The position numbers and the translations under genes are program-made. A stretch of DNA of 63,994 nt, filler included, from Barthelona sp. PAP020 (taxonomy: Eukaryota): assembly GCA_040182905.1 (NCBI GenBank). It is 3 parts of 3 records of this genome, joined end to end, with 100 filler letters (N's around TTAATTAATTAA, not from the genome) between each part and the next. Parts side by side here need not be neighbours in the genome. Positions count along the whole stretch, not along the records: positions 25,605 to 50,578 come from JARQWU010000148.1; 2 more parts are not named here. The stretch is one strand, 5' to 3'. Below the pieces are notes generated by a model. It made no database searches. It worked only from the letters and a program-made list of their open reading frames with translations, and was not told the origin of the DNA. Shown piece after piece: positions 32,057 to 42,805 of this stretch; position 1 is the stretch's first letter, and every line of letters starts with the position of its first letter.

Positions 32057-33472
32057 ATGCCACCCAAGAAAACCAAAACAAAAAAAACCAAACCATCAAC
32101 AGAAGGTATTAATTATGAAGAAATTATTAACAATCTTAATGCCAGAATTACTGATTTGGAAAAAGATTTGGAACAAAGTGAACAATTCAGAAATTTTTAT
32201 CAACTTGGTAGAGATAAATTACAGACATTTTGGGATATTACACGTAGAGAAGTTGAAAGATTGGCTGCTGAATTAAGAAACAAGGATCGTGAACTGGAAG
32301 AAAGAGATGAACGTCATCAAACCAGAATAATGCTATTTAAACAACATAGTCATCATTTATCCTATGAGCATCAAAATGCTTTGGCTTTGTTAAAAAGACA
32401 ATATGAAGAAGATTTACGTGCTCAAGCCACAAATTTCCGTGGCAGAGAAAAGGAATTAAAAGTTCAAAAGGCAGAATTGAAAGCAGCTTTGAGGGAAATG
32501 CAGCAAAATCATGATGACACAACAAGAACTTTGATGCAGAATCTTGACCAGTCCATTACTGATTTGAGATTGAAGTTTTTAGATCAAATTGAAGAAATTC
32601 AAACAAAGTATGAGCAGAGATTGTCTGAGCAAAAAGAACAGTTGGAAGATCGTTTTAAGAATGAGTTCATTGAATTAGAAGATCGAAAGAATGCACATAT
32701 TGGACTATTGATGCAACAACATGAGAAGTCTTTCTTATCAATTAAGAGCTATTATACTGATATCACCCGTAACAACATCGATATGATTCGTAAATATAAA
32801 AACAAAGTCAATGAATTGAAAAAACATGAGGCAGCTCATGAGAAATTAATTTTTGAGTTATGTCAGGACAATAAAAGAATGAAAGAACCCTTAGACAAGG
32901 CAAGAGACGAACTTGCACAATACAAGAATCAATTGACCAATTATGAAAAAGATAAAGTCAGTTTAAAGGGAACTAAACAACGTTTATATGCAACTGAAAA
33001 GGCATTAAAAACGTTGGAATGGGAATATGAAGTTTTAGAACAAAAATTCAATCAATTACAGAATGACAGAGATACTTTATATGAAAAATTCGAACAATTG
33101 GTTGTTGAAGCTCAACAGAAGAGCGGATTGAAAAATTTAATTTTGCAAAAGAAAGTCGAAGCTTTAACCGACACATTAGAAAAGAAGGAAGTACAATTAA
33201 GTGAAGTTTTACAGGTGAGCGGCATTCCACAAGGTTCAATTAATCGTTCACAAGGTTCTGAAGAAATTTTGGAAGCCAAGAATCAACACATTAGTGATTT
33301 AACTATCAGATTGAAAGAATTGACAAAAAGACACAATGAAATGATAGGTGTTTTTTGTGCAAAATTGGAACAATATGGTATTTCACCAGACGAACTTGGA
33401 TTTGAACCTGCAAGAGCAGAAGAAAACGTTTCAATGGCACCTGCTGGGTTGGTATCCAAAAGGAGAGTGTAA
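32057..33472 (+). CDS. GAS8: Dynein regulatory complex subunit 4 (GAS8/trypanin)
   Basis: MPPKK start; RNFYQLGRDKLQTFWDIT, LRNKDRE, HLSYEHQN, IKSYYTDITRNN, YEKDK, QQKSGLKNLIL, YGISPDELGFEP. Confidence 0.95.
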   Translation: MPPKKTKTKKTKPSTEGINYEEIINNLNARITDLEKDLEQSEQFRNFYQLGRDKLQTFWDITRREVERLAAELRNKDRELEERDERHQTRIMLFKQHSHHLSYEHQNALALLKRQYEEDLRAQATNFRGREKELKVQKAELKAALREMQQNHDDTTRTLMQNLDQSITDLRLKFLDQIEEIQTKYEQRLSEQKEQLEDRFKNEFIELEDRKNAHIGLLMQQHEKSFLSIKSYYTDITRNNIDMIRKYKNKVNELKKHEAAHEKLIFELCQDNKRMKEPLDKARDELAQYKNQLTNYEKDKVSLKGTKQRLYATEKALKTLEWEYEVLEQKFNQLQNDRDTLYEKFEQLVVEAQQKSGLKNLILQKKVEALTDTLEKKEVQLSEVLQVSGIPQGSINRSQGSEEILEAKNQHISDLTIRLKELTKRHNEMIGVFCAKLEQYGISPDELGFEPARAEENVSMAPAGLVSKRRV

Positions 33473-33623
33473 TTTTATTTTTTTTATTGTACAAATTGTT
33501 AAACATAAATTGTTTTTTCTTTAATGCAATTTTTTTTTAAATGAAATAATGAAAGTTCATTTGCCCTGACAAAAATTCTTTTGATGAAAATAAAAAATCT
33601 ATTCTTTTTTCTTCTTATTTATA

Positions 33624-33951
33624 ATGGCTAAGGGAAAACCAGCTTCTTTTAAAAATCTTGACAAGCAATTCCAGAAAAACGGTATTCACAAAAATGGAAA
33701 ATCAAAGGTATTTTGAGAAAATTGCAGTTATGATCTAACGTTATTAGAAAAAAGAAGAATCTTCAGTTGCACCTTGGATTGTAGGTATTATTATGTTCAT
33801 TTTACTTGGAAGTTCATTATTTCAATTATTGAGATTCTTGACTTGGGGTAAGTCGGATATGAATCGTAAAGGTATTAATGATGACGATGTTGAAGTTGAG
33901 GATTTGACAGAAGAATTAATTGATGATATGGAAGATATTGCAATTGAATAA
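33624..33951 (+). CDS. SERP1: RAMP4/SERP ER translocon-associated small membrane protein; 2 exons 33624-33707, 33748-33951 (95 aa)
   Basis: Spliced: MAKGKPASFKNLDKQFQKNGIHKNGKSK|KKEESSVAPWIVGIIMFILLGSSLFQLLRFLTWG...; matches RAMP4 '[27 protein letters not shown]'. Absent from ORF track. Confidence 0.85.
33708..33747 (+). other. Spliceosomal intron (40 nt) in RAMP4 gene
   Basis: GTATTTTGAGAAAATTGCAGTTATGATCTAACGTTATTAG; contains in-frame TGA, removal restores ORF. Confidence 0.88.
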
Positions 33952-34066
33952 AATACTTGTTAAAAAGAAATGAATAAGATTTTTACAATGATTTATTGAT
34001 TTGTTCATAAAAGAATTGGTTTGTGTGAGGGTTTTTTTTTTTCCTTTTTTTTTTTTTGATTTTGAA

Positions 34067-35359
34067 CTATTGATAATTGGTTAATTGTTGGCCAATTGTT
34101 TGAATCAAAGAATCATCAAAAATAATACAGGCTGATTTTACCATTTGAACTCTTTCTTCTTCAGATAAAATGCATGATAATTTTAAGGAATATGAGATTT
34201 CAGAATTAAGCGAAGTTTGACACCTTTCTGCAGCAACATTTTCGAGATTTTCAAACCATTCTTGTTGTTTTTCCTCAAATTTTTGAGAACATAATTCAAT
34301 TTTTATTTGGTCTGGAATTTTCAAGGGCTTTTCTAAAACATTCGCAAATTGAAAGATAATTGATTCATTTGCTTCTTGCAATTGATTGGATAAAATTCTT
34401 CGTCTGTTCTTCTTCCTTCTTTGAATTTTTTGAAAACAATCATTAATCAGTACAACAGTTCGCTCAAATTGTATTTGTATTATTGACTTCCTCGCTAAAT
34501 TTCTTGCAAACAAATTCCTGGCACGTCTTTGAATTGTGATAACATGACTTCGAAAAAGTCTTACAGATGAAGCAATATAATTTACACGTTGAATATCTTT
34601 TAAAAATAAAGCAACTATTGGTGCTTCTTTTCTTCTTCGTGCTTGTAAATTTAAAATCATTGCTCTAATTAATGAACGGCAAATTACCTGAGTGGACAAT
34701 TTTTCTGTCTGTTTTTGTATTTTATACACGTAAGCGTGCCAACTTCTTTGAATGATTGTCGCTTCTTCACCTCTTTTTTTCTTAAGACATCTCAAAAATC
34801 TTCGCATTCGTATTTGTTGTTTTAAAGCTTCCAACCTTGCTTCTAAATTTACAATAACTATCCACATCATTTGAACCTCCTGATAATTCTCCTCTTGAAT
34901 CATAAAGGCCAATCTTTGTCGAATATCTAATCTGATATGTTTTTCTTCTCGTTTGATAATTTTATCGTACATTTCTTTATTATGTAAATCTTCTTGTTCT
35001 ACTTTTCTCAAGTGTGCTTTCATTAAAGTCTTTTGAAGTTTGTTCGCCTTTACTAAATCAATCTTTCTCTTAACAATAGGATTGGATTTTTCAATATTTG
35101 ATACATTTTGTTGAATAAAATTGTTGTTATTTATGACAAACAATTTATCTCTTCTTCTTTTATGAATATCTTTGGATAAAGTTATAAATTTATCTCTTGA
35201 AGCAAAATCGGATGACAATATCTCAATCTTTTCTTCAACAGCTCCAGCCAATTTTTTTCGATAATGGATTTTTTGATTGGATTGTGAAATATGTTCAGTT
35301 AATACATTATCCAACCATGGAACTCCTGATATTTTTGGTAATTTAATCTGTTTCGACAT
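34067..35359 (-). CDS. IQ-motif, basic coiled-coil protein (possibly axonemal)
   Basis: IQ-like motifs ATIIQRSWHAY and VITIQRRARNL. Confidence 0.65.
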   Translation of the reverse strand: MSKQIKLPKISGVPWLDNVLTEHISQSNQKIHYRKKLAGAVEEKIEILSSDFASRDKFITLSKDIHKRRRDKLFVINNNNFIQQNVSNIEKSNPIVKRKIDLVKANKLQKTLMKAHLRKVEQEDLHNKEMYDKIIKREEKHIRLDIRQRLAFMIQEENYQEVQMMWIVIVNLEARLEALKQQIRMRRFLRCLKKKRGEEATIIQRSWHAYVYKIQKQTEKLSTQVICRSLIRAMILNLQARRRKEAPIVALFLKDIQRVNYIASSVRLFRSHVITIQRRARNLFARNLARKSIIQIQFERTVVLINDCFQKIQRRKKNRRRILSNQLQEANESIIFQFANVLEKPLKIPDQIKIELCSQKFEEKQQEWFENLENVAAERCQTSLNSEISYSLKLSCILSEEERVQMVKSACIIFDDSLIQTIGQQLTNYQ

Positions 35360-35466
35360 GGTATGAATAAATTATATGTAAAAAAAAAAATTCCACAAAA
35401 TTTTATCAAAGTGTACCAAAAGCTCTAAACTGATGGTCTTATGTTTGATTGAAAAATAAACATATA

Positions 35467-37302
35467 TTAAGAAAAAGCTACAGTTTGAACCAAAACCATT
35501 ATAGATTTGTTCAAATATTCTCCACGTGTACCAATTAATATTTGACCATCATCTTCAGGCAACGAAGAATAAAATTCATACCTGTAACATGAAGCAAAAA
35601 GATTTTTTTGAAAAAAATTCAAAACTTGATTCAATTTTGACCCATCAAAACAAAACACATATCTATGATTGTATATTCCCGTCAATAAAAATGTTTTTTT
35701 TGTTTTTTGATTGGAAAACTCAAAATCTAAACCTAAGCCCAAATTCTGCAAATATGGAGGCAATAATAACAGTGCATCTTTTGATTCAATGGTATTAACA
35801 TCATTAATAGGATTTTCTTTCACAAATATTGCTGCCAACTCATCAATGCTGACTGAATCACTTACTTTTTGAATGATACAATCGTCGTCTGAGGACAATG
35901 AAGGAGTGTTTGATCTAATTGGATTCTTTCTGGACCTTTCTTTGCTTGTTTTTAAATATGACTTCATACCATCATATAACAATGTGGCAATTCTATTATT
36001 TTCCAAACGTCCTTCGAATTCCTCAATTGTTAATCTGAAAAATCTCCCACCATCCATATTAAAAGCACGAAGCACTTCTTTTTGTGAATTAGGATCCATT
36101 CTGTCTTCATTAAGAATTTGTTGCACGAAACTCTTAACTTGGGATTTTGTCCAGTTTGTTGGTTTTTGACCATCAATTTTGGAAGCATGTCCAACCTCAG
36201 CAACTCTCTTCAAAAATCGAATGGTATCAATTGAAGCTTTAAAATCACAAGAGCAAGGACTAATGCAACCAATAACACTTGTTCGATGTTGTGGATCAAC
36301 CCACGTTTGTTTCAACAACATCGTAAGTTTATCAGCTCGAAATGGAATTCTACTTTGTCCCATTGCTCTCGCTCGAAGGCAATCCTTTAATGCCATCAAA
36401 GATTTATTAATTTGTCCTGTCACTCGAGTTGTTTCTGAATCATTTGTAAAACTATCCTGTGCACGTTCACTTCCTGCAAGATCAACCAATTCAAAAGTAG
36501 ATAATATGGTTTCATCCAAAACCAGTTCTAAATACGTAATTAGATGTGATCTTGATGATTGGTCATTCCTATTGGTAGAAACAGTCGATCTACTTTCAAA
36601 ACCAAATTGTATTATTTCAAGAAGGGCATCTGCATCTTCACAAACAAACTTATCCAGTCCAAGGAGATGTATTTTCCCATTTTCATCTTCAGTTACCTTT
36701 AAAGGGGTTGAATGAATGATATCATGAACATCATTTCCTAACAACTCAACCATTGATACATTTATGGTATATTTCTTGTTTCCAATCACATTTTGATCAA
36801 TTTTTTGAAAAATAACATCTCCCAATAGAAACATCAAATTAAAAATGGTAAAAGTCTTGCCACTACCAGTTTGACCGAAAACTATCATACTACTGCTAAT
36901 ATTTCTAAATAAACTATCAATCATAGGCATGCAAAGATTTTCAAAAATTTCATTTGTTTCAGTGTATGAATCAAATGCAAAATCAAAAGATCCTTCATGA
37001 TTTATTACTTTTGGTTGTGTGTCAACACTTGTTGTACATTCATGAATTACAATATTGGGATTTGCAATCGAAACTGAAGGAAATTCCCCAGATCCCAATT
37101 CATGTTTAAATATCGGTCTGAGTCTACAACAAACATTGATGGGTTTTATGATTAATTGATATGGTTTTTTGCTTGTAGATAATTTGGTTTGTTCATTTTC
37201 AATTAATTCTTGATACACAGATGAATTATTTTTTCTAGCCTGACTTGACAAAGAATTGAAGGTTGTTCTTTGCCGATCATCATTTAATTCTATAATTTTC
37301 AT
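35467..37302 (-). CDS. Kinesin-13-like motor protein
   Basis: VCCRLRP, VIHE..SVD..FDFAFD (kinesin-13 loop-2 context), FGQTGSGKT, NDQSSRSH, VDLAGSER, IPFRADKLT; ATG at 37302. Confidence 0.85.
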   Translation of the reverse strand: MKIIELNDDRQRTTFNSLSSQARKNNSSVYQELIENEQTKLSTSKKPYQLIIKPINVCCRLRPIFKHELGSGEFPSVSIANPNIVIHECTTSVDTQPKVINHEGSFDFAFDSYTETNEIFENLCMPMIDSLFRNISSSMIVFGQTGSGKTFTIFNLMFLLGDVIFQKIDQNVIGNKKYTINVSMVELLGNDVHDIIHSTPLKVTEDENGKIHLLGLDKFVCEDADALLEIIQFGFESRSTVSTNRNDQSSRSHLITYLELVLDETILSTFELVDLAGSERAQDSFTNDSETTRVTGQINKSLMALKDCLRARAMGQSRIPFRADKLTMLLKQTWVDPQHRTSVIGCISPCSCDFKASIDTIRFLKRVAEVGHASKIDGQKPTNWTKSQVKSFVQQILNEDRMDPNSQKEVLRAFNMDGGRFFRLTIEEFEGRLENNRIATLLYDGMKSYLKTSKERSRKNPIRSNTPSLSSDDDCIIQKVSDSVSIDELAAIFVKENPINDVNTIESKDALLLLPPYLQNLGLGLDFEFSNQKTKKTFLLTGIYNHRYVFCFDGSKLNQVLNFFQKNLFASCYRYEFYSSLPEDDGQILIGTRGEYLNKSIMVLVQTVAFS

Positions 37303-37813
37303 CACAATTATTATATTAAAATCACCGAATTCAAAAAAGAAAAATACCTTGAAACTCCCAATTTATTAACCTGGTTTCAACAAAATTTACTTGTCAATTA
37401 ACTAATGAAAATACTCTTTCGGTAAAGTTTCACATTGGTCCTGATTTTTTGAATCTTTTTGTGATTTGTAACAATTCAATGGATTTTGATAATAGAGCTC
37501 TGTTTTTTTTTTTTCAAAATAACAAAACGTAAAAGAATTACGATTATTCTTTAGAATAACAACTTTACTCCGAGAAATATCCAAAACCCCAATATTCCAT
37601 TTTAATGCCTGATTATTTCAAAAAAAAATCTAAATGGTATTCTAACATTATGTTTTTAAATACTTCACCACAAAAACTCCATTATTCCAATTGAAAGCTT
37701 CAATTTCCATTTTTTGCTAAAAATAATCTTTTCAAAGAACTCTTTTTAAACAAGTGCAAGAGCTTTTTCACCATTTCATTTTAAAATAATGAATAAAATA
37801 AAGAAAAAAATGC

Positions 37814-38374
37814 CTAATTTACTTTCTTTTTCGAAGGAATTTCAAGCATTCTATATATTTTTCCTTGGAAGCACAAATACAACCCTAAAGAGCACAATAA
37901 CAAGATGAACATGAAAATAAAACCTGGAATGAGATATACAGGCAAATCAATTTTACTGTGCAATAAAGAAACATGAATATCAACAGTAATTGCCTCAAGT
38001 TTTCTTACATTGAGTATTGGTTCCATTCTGGAAACAAATTCAACACAAATTTCCTCTCCACTTTTACTTTCAATTATTCGGCTTTGATTGTCAGTGTGAA
38101 AAATAGTCTTGTCAGTATCATGTAAAACATAATATTCATTATCAGTTGAATAATTTATTTCAATCAACTGATCTCCTCTAAAAGAAACTAAAAATTCATA
38201 AGAACTCATTGGCTTAATATTAAAAATATCAATACATGTAAATTCATTGAAAGGAACAGTAATTCGCTTCACAACATTTGTTGCTCCTTTTACATCGATT
38301 TGAAATTGATTTTTCGAATAAACAAAGCTTAAATAAAAGAAGAAAAAGGCTAGTAAATGAAGACCAAAACTCAT
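37814..38374 (-). CDS. Type I membrane protein (signal peptide + C-terminal TM); weak resemblance to Pga1-like GPI co-activators
   Basis: Hydrophobic N-terminus and LIPGFIFMFILLLCSLGLYLCF; YEFLVSF and LHDTDKTIFHTD motifs. Family assignment tentative. Confidence 0.55.
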   Translation of the reverse strand: MSFGLHLLAFFFFYLSFVYSKNQFQIDVKGATNVVKRITVPFNEFTCIDIFNIKPMSSYEFLVSFRGDQLIEINYSTDNEYYVLHDTDKTIFHTDNQSRIIESKSGEEICVEFVSRMEPILNVRKLEAITVDIHVSLLHSKIDLPVYLIPGFIFMFILLLCSLGLYLCFQGKIYRMLEIPSKKKVN

Positions 38375-38699
38375 TAATCAAACAAAATCAAAAAATCCAT
38401 TTTTTAAAACCCCTACTCTTTTTCAGAGAATGTTTCACTGTTATTTGTTGCTGCATTTATCGTTTTTCGGTGAAATAAATTATTGTGGAAGAGCTATTCA
38501 CACGTTGTCGTCATTGCAACAAGCAAATTTGTTGTTTATTCATTTTTCTTCAGAACCAAAATGCATTTATTGAATGAAAGGGATCTTTTGAAATGAGATT
38601 TTGATATAAAGATAAGGTTAAAAGATATTGAAGCAACCAAAGTTTTGGAAGTGAGACAACCAGATCAGATGAAAAAACAAACAAATAAATTTACAGATA

Positions 38700-39224
38700 T
38701 CAATCTATCCATTGAAAAGGGTCATCATAAATCTCAGATGTAACAATATCAAAAAGATCATGAGAAATAACAGAATTTGAAAAATTATCGTCAAATAATA
38801 ACTGTATTAATGGTGTTTGAACTAGAAAGGCATCAGTTGGCAAAATCCAATTTATACGTGTAGCTGTACAAGTATTTTCAATTTCATCAAATCGCCTTTC
38901 CAAATATTTGTTCAAAAATATTGCATTATTGTCAAAGTAAAAACGTAAAATTGTTGTATGTGCATCTTTAAATACCTCTAATTTATCTAATAAAGAAAAA
39001 ACTTCAAAATCAATCGGAGAAATATATGAATTAATTACAGGATGATTGTACAAAACTCTGGACCAAAAATCGTCAATGTTAGATAAAAGACTGTCTCGTT
39101 TTTCAAGTAGTAGTTTGGCTGATGGATCAACTTCCTGATTTTGACAAAATAATTTTAAGTTAATCAAATCGTTTTGAATGATTTTAGCTTCTTCATAAAA
39201 GTCGGTCGCTATTTCAATTGTCAT
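38700..39224 (-). CDS. NAP/SET family histone chaperone
   Basis: KRDSLLSNIDDFWSRVLYNHP, FYFDNNAIFLNKYLER, ATRINW, EIYDDPFQW. Confidence 0.85.
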   Translation of the reverse strand: MTIEIATDFYEEAKIIQNDLINLKLFCQNQEVDPSAKLLLEKRDSLLSNIDDFWSRVLYNHPVINSYISPIDFEVFSLLDKLEVFKDAHTTILRFYFDNNAIFLNKYLERRFDEIENTCTATRINWILPTDAFLVQTPLIQLLFDDNFSNSVISHDLFDIVTSEIYDDPFQWID

Positions 39225-39485
39225 AACATCAAAAAAAAGAAATTTTGATCTCCAATCTGTTTTTTATTGCGATATAATCTTCTTTCACAGCAAAAATCAC
39301 ACTATTCACAGTCATTTTTGAAACTTGTTAATTTTCAAAAATAATTTTCCATTTTTTCGTTTTTCGTAAATTTTTCAAACACTTTCAATTTAATACTAAC
39401 GTTATAAATTTTAACAAAAAAGAAATTGTTTACAAAATTTGTAATTATATAAAAATTTGGAACATGGATTTCAACTTTTTTTTTA

Positions 39486-41043
39486 ATGGATACCGACGCC
39501 CAAAACGTTAAAAACCTTACAGATTTCTTGGAGAATTTTCAACCAAATGCGAGTTCTCTTTGGGGACCTGATTTTTCGGATGAAGATGATGACATGGAAG
39601 ATATTGGATATTTACCCTTTAAAGTCTTTGAAAAAATTCAAAGAACTGCCGATTGGGTTACTTCTGCTCCTGTTATTAGTTTAACTGGTATTTTTTATGT
39701 AATTTTCAATATTTCTAACACTATTAGGCAGTACCCCATCTAAAGATGTTAAGCCTGTTGTTACTGAGAGAAAATCATCTATAACTCAACAAGTTAGAGG
39801 AAAGCCAAGCAATCGTCCTGGACAACAAAGAGTTACTCAACGTTATTATGGTTCTAAGAAGAAATTTAATCGTAAAAAACGTCCTCAATATAAAAGAAAT
39901 CCGAATTCAATTCACAGACCCTTGGAAACTTCTGTTATTATTGATGAAGGTTGGGTTATGATCGAACAAGTTAATTTACCCACTTTGGGACAAGTTAATT
40001 ATAAAAATATTCCTGAGGGTGAAGAATTACGCAGATTTGGTAAATTGCATCATAGCATTATTCGAAATGAAAAGGATATTAAATTAACCAAAACTCCAGT
40101 CACGTTTGTCGAAAATGCTCCTGAAAAAGATCCTGTTTTGTTGGAATTGTGTGAAAACAATGAAGGAGATGTGTTCACAACTGATAATGTTTTGGGTAGA
40201 TTAATGAGTATCTCAAGATCCAATTTCTCTTTTGATATTGTGATGAAATTCATCAATGACAAATTGTTCATTACCAAGAGAGATGGTTCAGTGTTTGACA
40301 AAATTTTTGTTAATGAAACAGCACCTGATCCAACTTTTTCTGCTGAACCTGATTCCATCAATGCACCCTACGCTGTTGCCGATGAAGGCACAAAGGTTTA
40401 TGATGAATTTATGAATGTTTATCAAAAAGGACCCGTTGTTGAGGAAAATCCTGAACATCCTCTGTTTAAAGAATTGTCTCATGGTGATTTTGTGTGGAGT
40501 TACCGTCGTTTTGTTTTGAATCGTACTTTGGAAGATGGAACAGAGGAACCAATCAGATTTGTCGTTCGTTGTAGAATTGATGGTGCTGTAGGATCAATTG
40601 ACAATTGGGAACCTTGTATTCTTAGATCTTTCTTAGAATTTGACAGAAAACGTGCAAATTGGGAAAAAGAATTTAATGAAGGTCAAGGTTCAACAGTTTT
40701 GGCACCAGCTGCTAGAGACAATAAAGCTTATGTGGCTGCGGCAGTTACTCAAGCTCATCTTGTTGGTGTTTCAAAAATAAAAATGGGTTTTATTTCAAGA
40801 ATTTTGAGTAATAGCAATGAAAATCACAAATTATTGAGGTCTTTGACTCGTACTTTTGATAAATTGACACAATTCATCAGTCTTTCTTTGGAGAATCAAT
40901 GGGGTAATGCTTTATATTTTGTTGACGAAGTTTTAAATCAAAAGAACAAAGACGGTTGTTTTGTCATATTAAAAGATCCTTCAAAGAACTTATTCTCCTT
41001 CTATCATAATCCTAATACTCTTTTTAGAGAAATTAATGCTTAA
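39486..41043 (+). CDS. EIF3D: Translation initiation factor eIF3 subunit D; 2 exons 39486-39687, 39728-41043
   Basis: WGP..YLPF..RTADW in exon 1; spliced in frame to ETSV..W, DPVL, VFTTDNVL..MSISRSNFSFDIV, VNETA, SYRRF, VVRCRID, KMGFISR. Confidence 0.88.
39688..39727 (+). other. Spliceosomal intron (40 nt) in eIF3d gene
   Basis: GTATTTTTTATGTAATTTTCAATATTTCTAACACTATTAG; removal joins two track ORFs in frame. Confidence 0.88.
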
Positions 41044-41111
41044 ATTAATTTTCAATAAATCATCAAATCAAACCTTGTTTGATTCGTTTTTTTTTTCCAA
41101 ATATATTTTTC

Positions 41112-42545
41112 ATGAAATTCCTATATCTCTTCCTCATTGAAGAGATATCATTGTTGTTATGTATGTATATATTATTTATGTTGTCAAAAACGAAAAAGAA
41201 TATAACAAATGCAACACTCTATTTTTCGATGGTTAAATCCACATTATTTTGTTTATTAAATTCATTTGTTAGAACAAGGGCATCATTTAAATTACATTAT
41301 ATGGTTGCTTCTGTCACTTTTTTGTTTGAATTGACTTGCTTACTGTTGACTCAAAATTATCCAGAAATAATTAGGAATAAATTTGGTCGTTTGTTAATAA
41401 ATGTGGGTAGTTCTTTAATTATTTGGAGTCTTAACTTTGTATTGTTTTTAATTTTTTCTTTTCTGTGGAGTTGGTTTCCTTTGGTTGTATCAGTAATATC
41501 AACGAGTTTAGTTATATATTGTTCTTCATATTTAAGACCAACTTTTGTAATTATTGATCTTTTTGATAAGTTTATTCCAAATAGACAACCAATCATAACA
41601 AAAGAACGTGGTATTAAACACATAAAGAAATATGATTATTATGAACGAGAATTGAATATTCTACACATTTCAGATTTAGACTTATTATTTTGGCCTTCTT
41701 TTGCTAAAATAAAGACAGCAATTGAAGGAATATTAGCAAATAGTGAAGTAGATTTGATTGTATTTACTGGTGATTGCTTTCTTTCTTCAACCTTTAATGT
41801 TTTATGTGATATTTTAAAACCTTGTGAAGAATTGTGCAAAGCAGGGAAAGTAGTAGCAATTCCAGGAAATAAAGATTCGAAAAAAGAAATTGAAAACTTT
41901 ATGAAAGTTTCAAATTTTCAATTTCATGTGTTGGCTGATGAAGTTATTGTTTTAAATACGAGAATTGGTAAAGTTCAAGTGATGGGAATTGATTTTCATA
42001 ATGACAATATTCAAATTCAAACCAGGAATTTTTGTTCACAAAATCCCCCAATTGCCAATACTTTGAGGCTATTTTTATGTCATAATCCTGAATTGTTAGA
42101 GCATTTGCCTTCAAGCAGGTCATTTGAAGATTTAGGTATTCCAACGCTCAATCAAAGAAATGATGTGGGTAATGCTTTCAGTGGTGATGATGGTTGTGGG
42201 GTGGATTTAGCTTTGGCCGGGCATTGTCATGGTGGTTACGGGAGAATACCTTTTAAAAGGGTCGGTGCTCGTTATATGTTGGATTGGATTAATTTGATAA
42301 CCAAAATTCCCACAAGAGGGTTGTGGGCCAGGGGTGATAACAAAATGTATGTCAGTAGAGGCGTTAGTTCTGGATTTTTGCCATGTAGATTTTTTATTTT
42401 CCCTCAACTTTCTTTACTGAAAATTAATGGAGAAAAAATAGATAGATTAAAGAATAATGAAATCGTTATTGATGAATTAATGGAAGAAAGTGAGTCGGAA
42501 GATGAACAACAAAAAGAACATCAAAAAAAAATGAAAAAGAACTAA
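41112..42545 (+). CDS. Membrane-anchored calcineurin-like metallophosphoesterase (YkuE/TMPPE-like), degenerate active site; start codon uncertain
   Basis: N-terminal TMs; ILHISDLD, FTGD, PGNKD, LCHNP, LAGHCHGG, MYVSRGV. True start may be the ATG at 41229. Confidence 0.8.
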   Translation: MKFLYLFLIEEISLLLCMYILFMLSKTKKNITNATLYFSMVKSTLFCLLNSFVRTRASFKLHYMVASVTFLFELTCLLLTQNYPEIIRNKFGRLLINVGSSLIIWSLNFVLFLIFSFLWSWFPLVVSVISTSLVIYCSSYLRPTFVIIDLFDKFIPNRQPIITKERGIKHIKKYDYYERELNILHISDLDLLFWPSFAKIKTAIEGILANSEVDLIVFTGDCFLSSTFNVLCDILKPCEELCKAGKVVAIPGNKDSKKEIENFMKVSNFQFHVLADEVIVLNTRIGKVQVMGIDFHNDNIQIQTRNFCSQNPPIANTLRLFLCHNPELLEHLPSSRSFEDLGIPTLNQRNDVGNAFSGDDGCGVDLALAGHCHGGYGRIPFKRVGARYMLDWINLITKIPTRGLWARGDNKMYVSRGVSSGFLPCRFFIFPQLSLLKINGEKIDRLKNNEIVIDELMEESESEDEQQKEHQKKMKKN

Positions 42546-42650
42546 AAATATCAAAATTGTGAAATAAATGAAACAAACAGTTGATTTTTTTCTTCCCCAA
42601 TAATGTGTATTGTGAATGATAAAGTAAAAACAAAACAGAACAAAAGCAAT

Positions 42651-42805
42651 TTGTTTCCAGGGTAACAAGCACTGTGAATACAAGTAATGAAAAAATAATT
42701 GTGTTGTGTTCATTCATTTGAAGTCTTTTAAAGCCCAATTGATCCATTGAGACTTTAAATTTACCCAAAGTTAAAATTTTAAAATTTTGCTTTTGCAAAA
42801 ATTAA
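42651..42805 (+). repeat. Dispersed repeat, diverged partial copy
   Basis: tttcca..aagcactgtg..gcccaattgatc..aaagttaaaattttaaaattttgcttttgcaaaaat, collinear with the 45621 and 48293 copies. Confidence 0.7.

Noticed and set aside
36179..36715. 178-aa antisense ORF over the kinesin, and other short antisense or nested track ORFs
   Set aside because: Shadow ORFs of well-supported genes, often with TTG/GTG starts and no recognisable domains.
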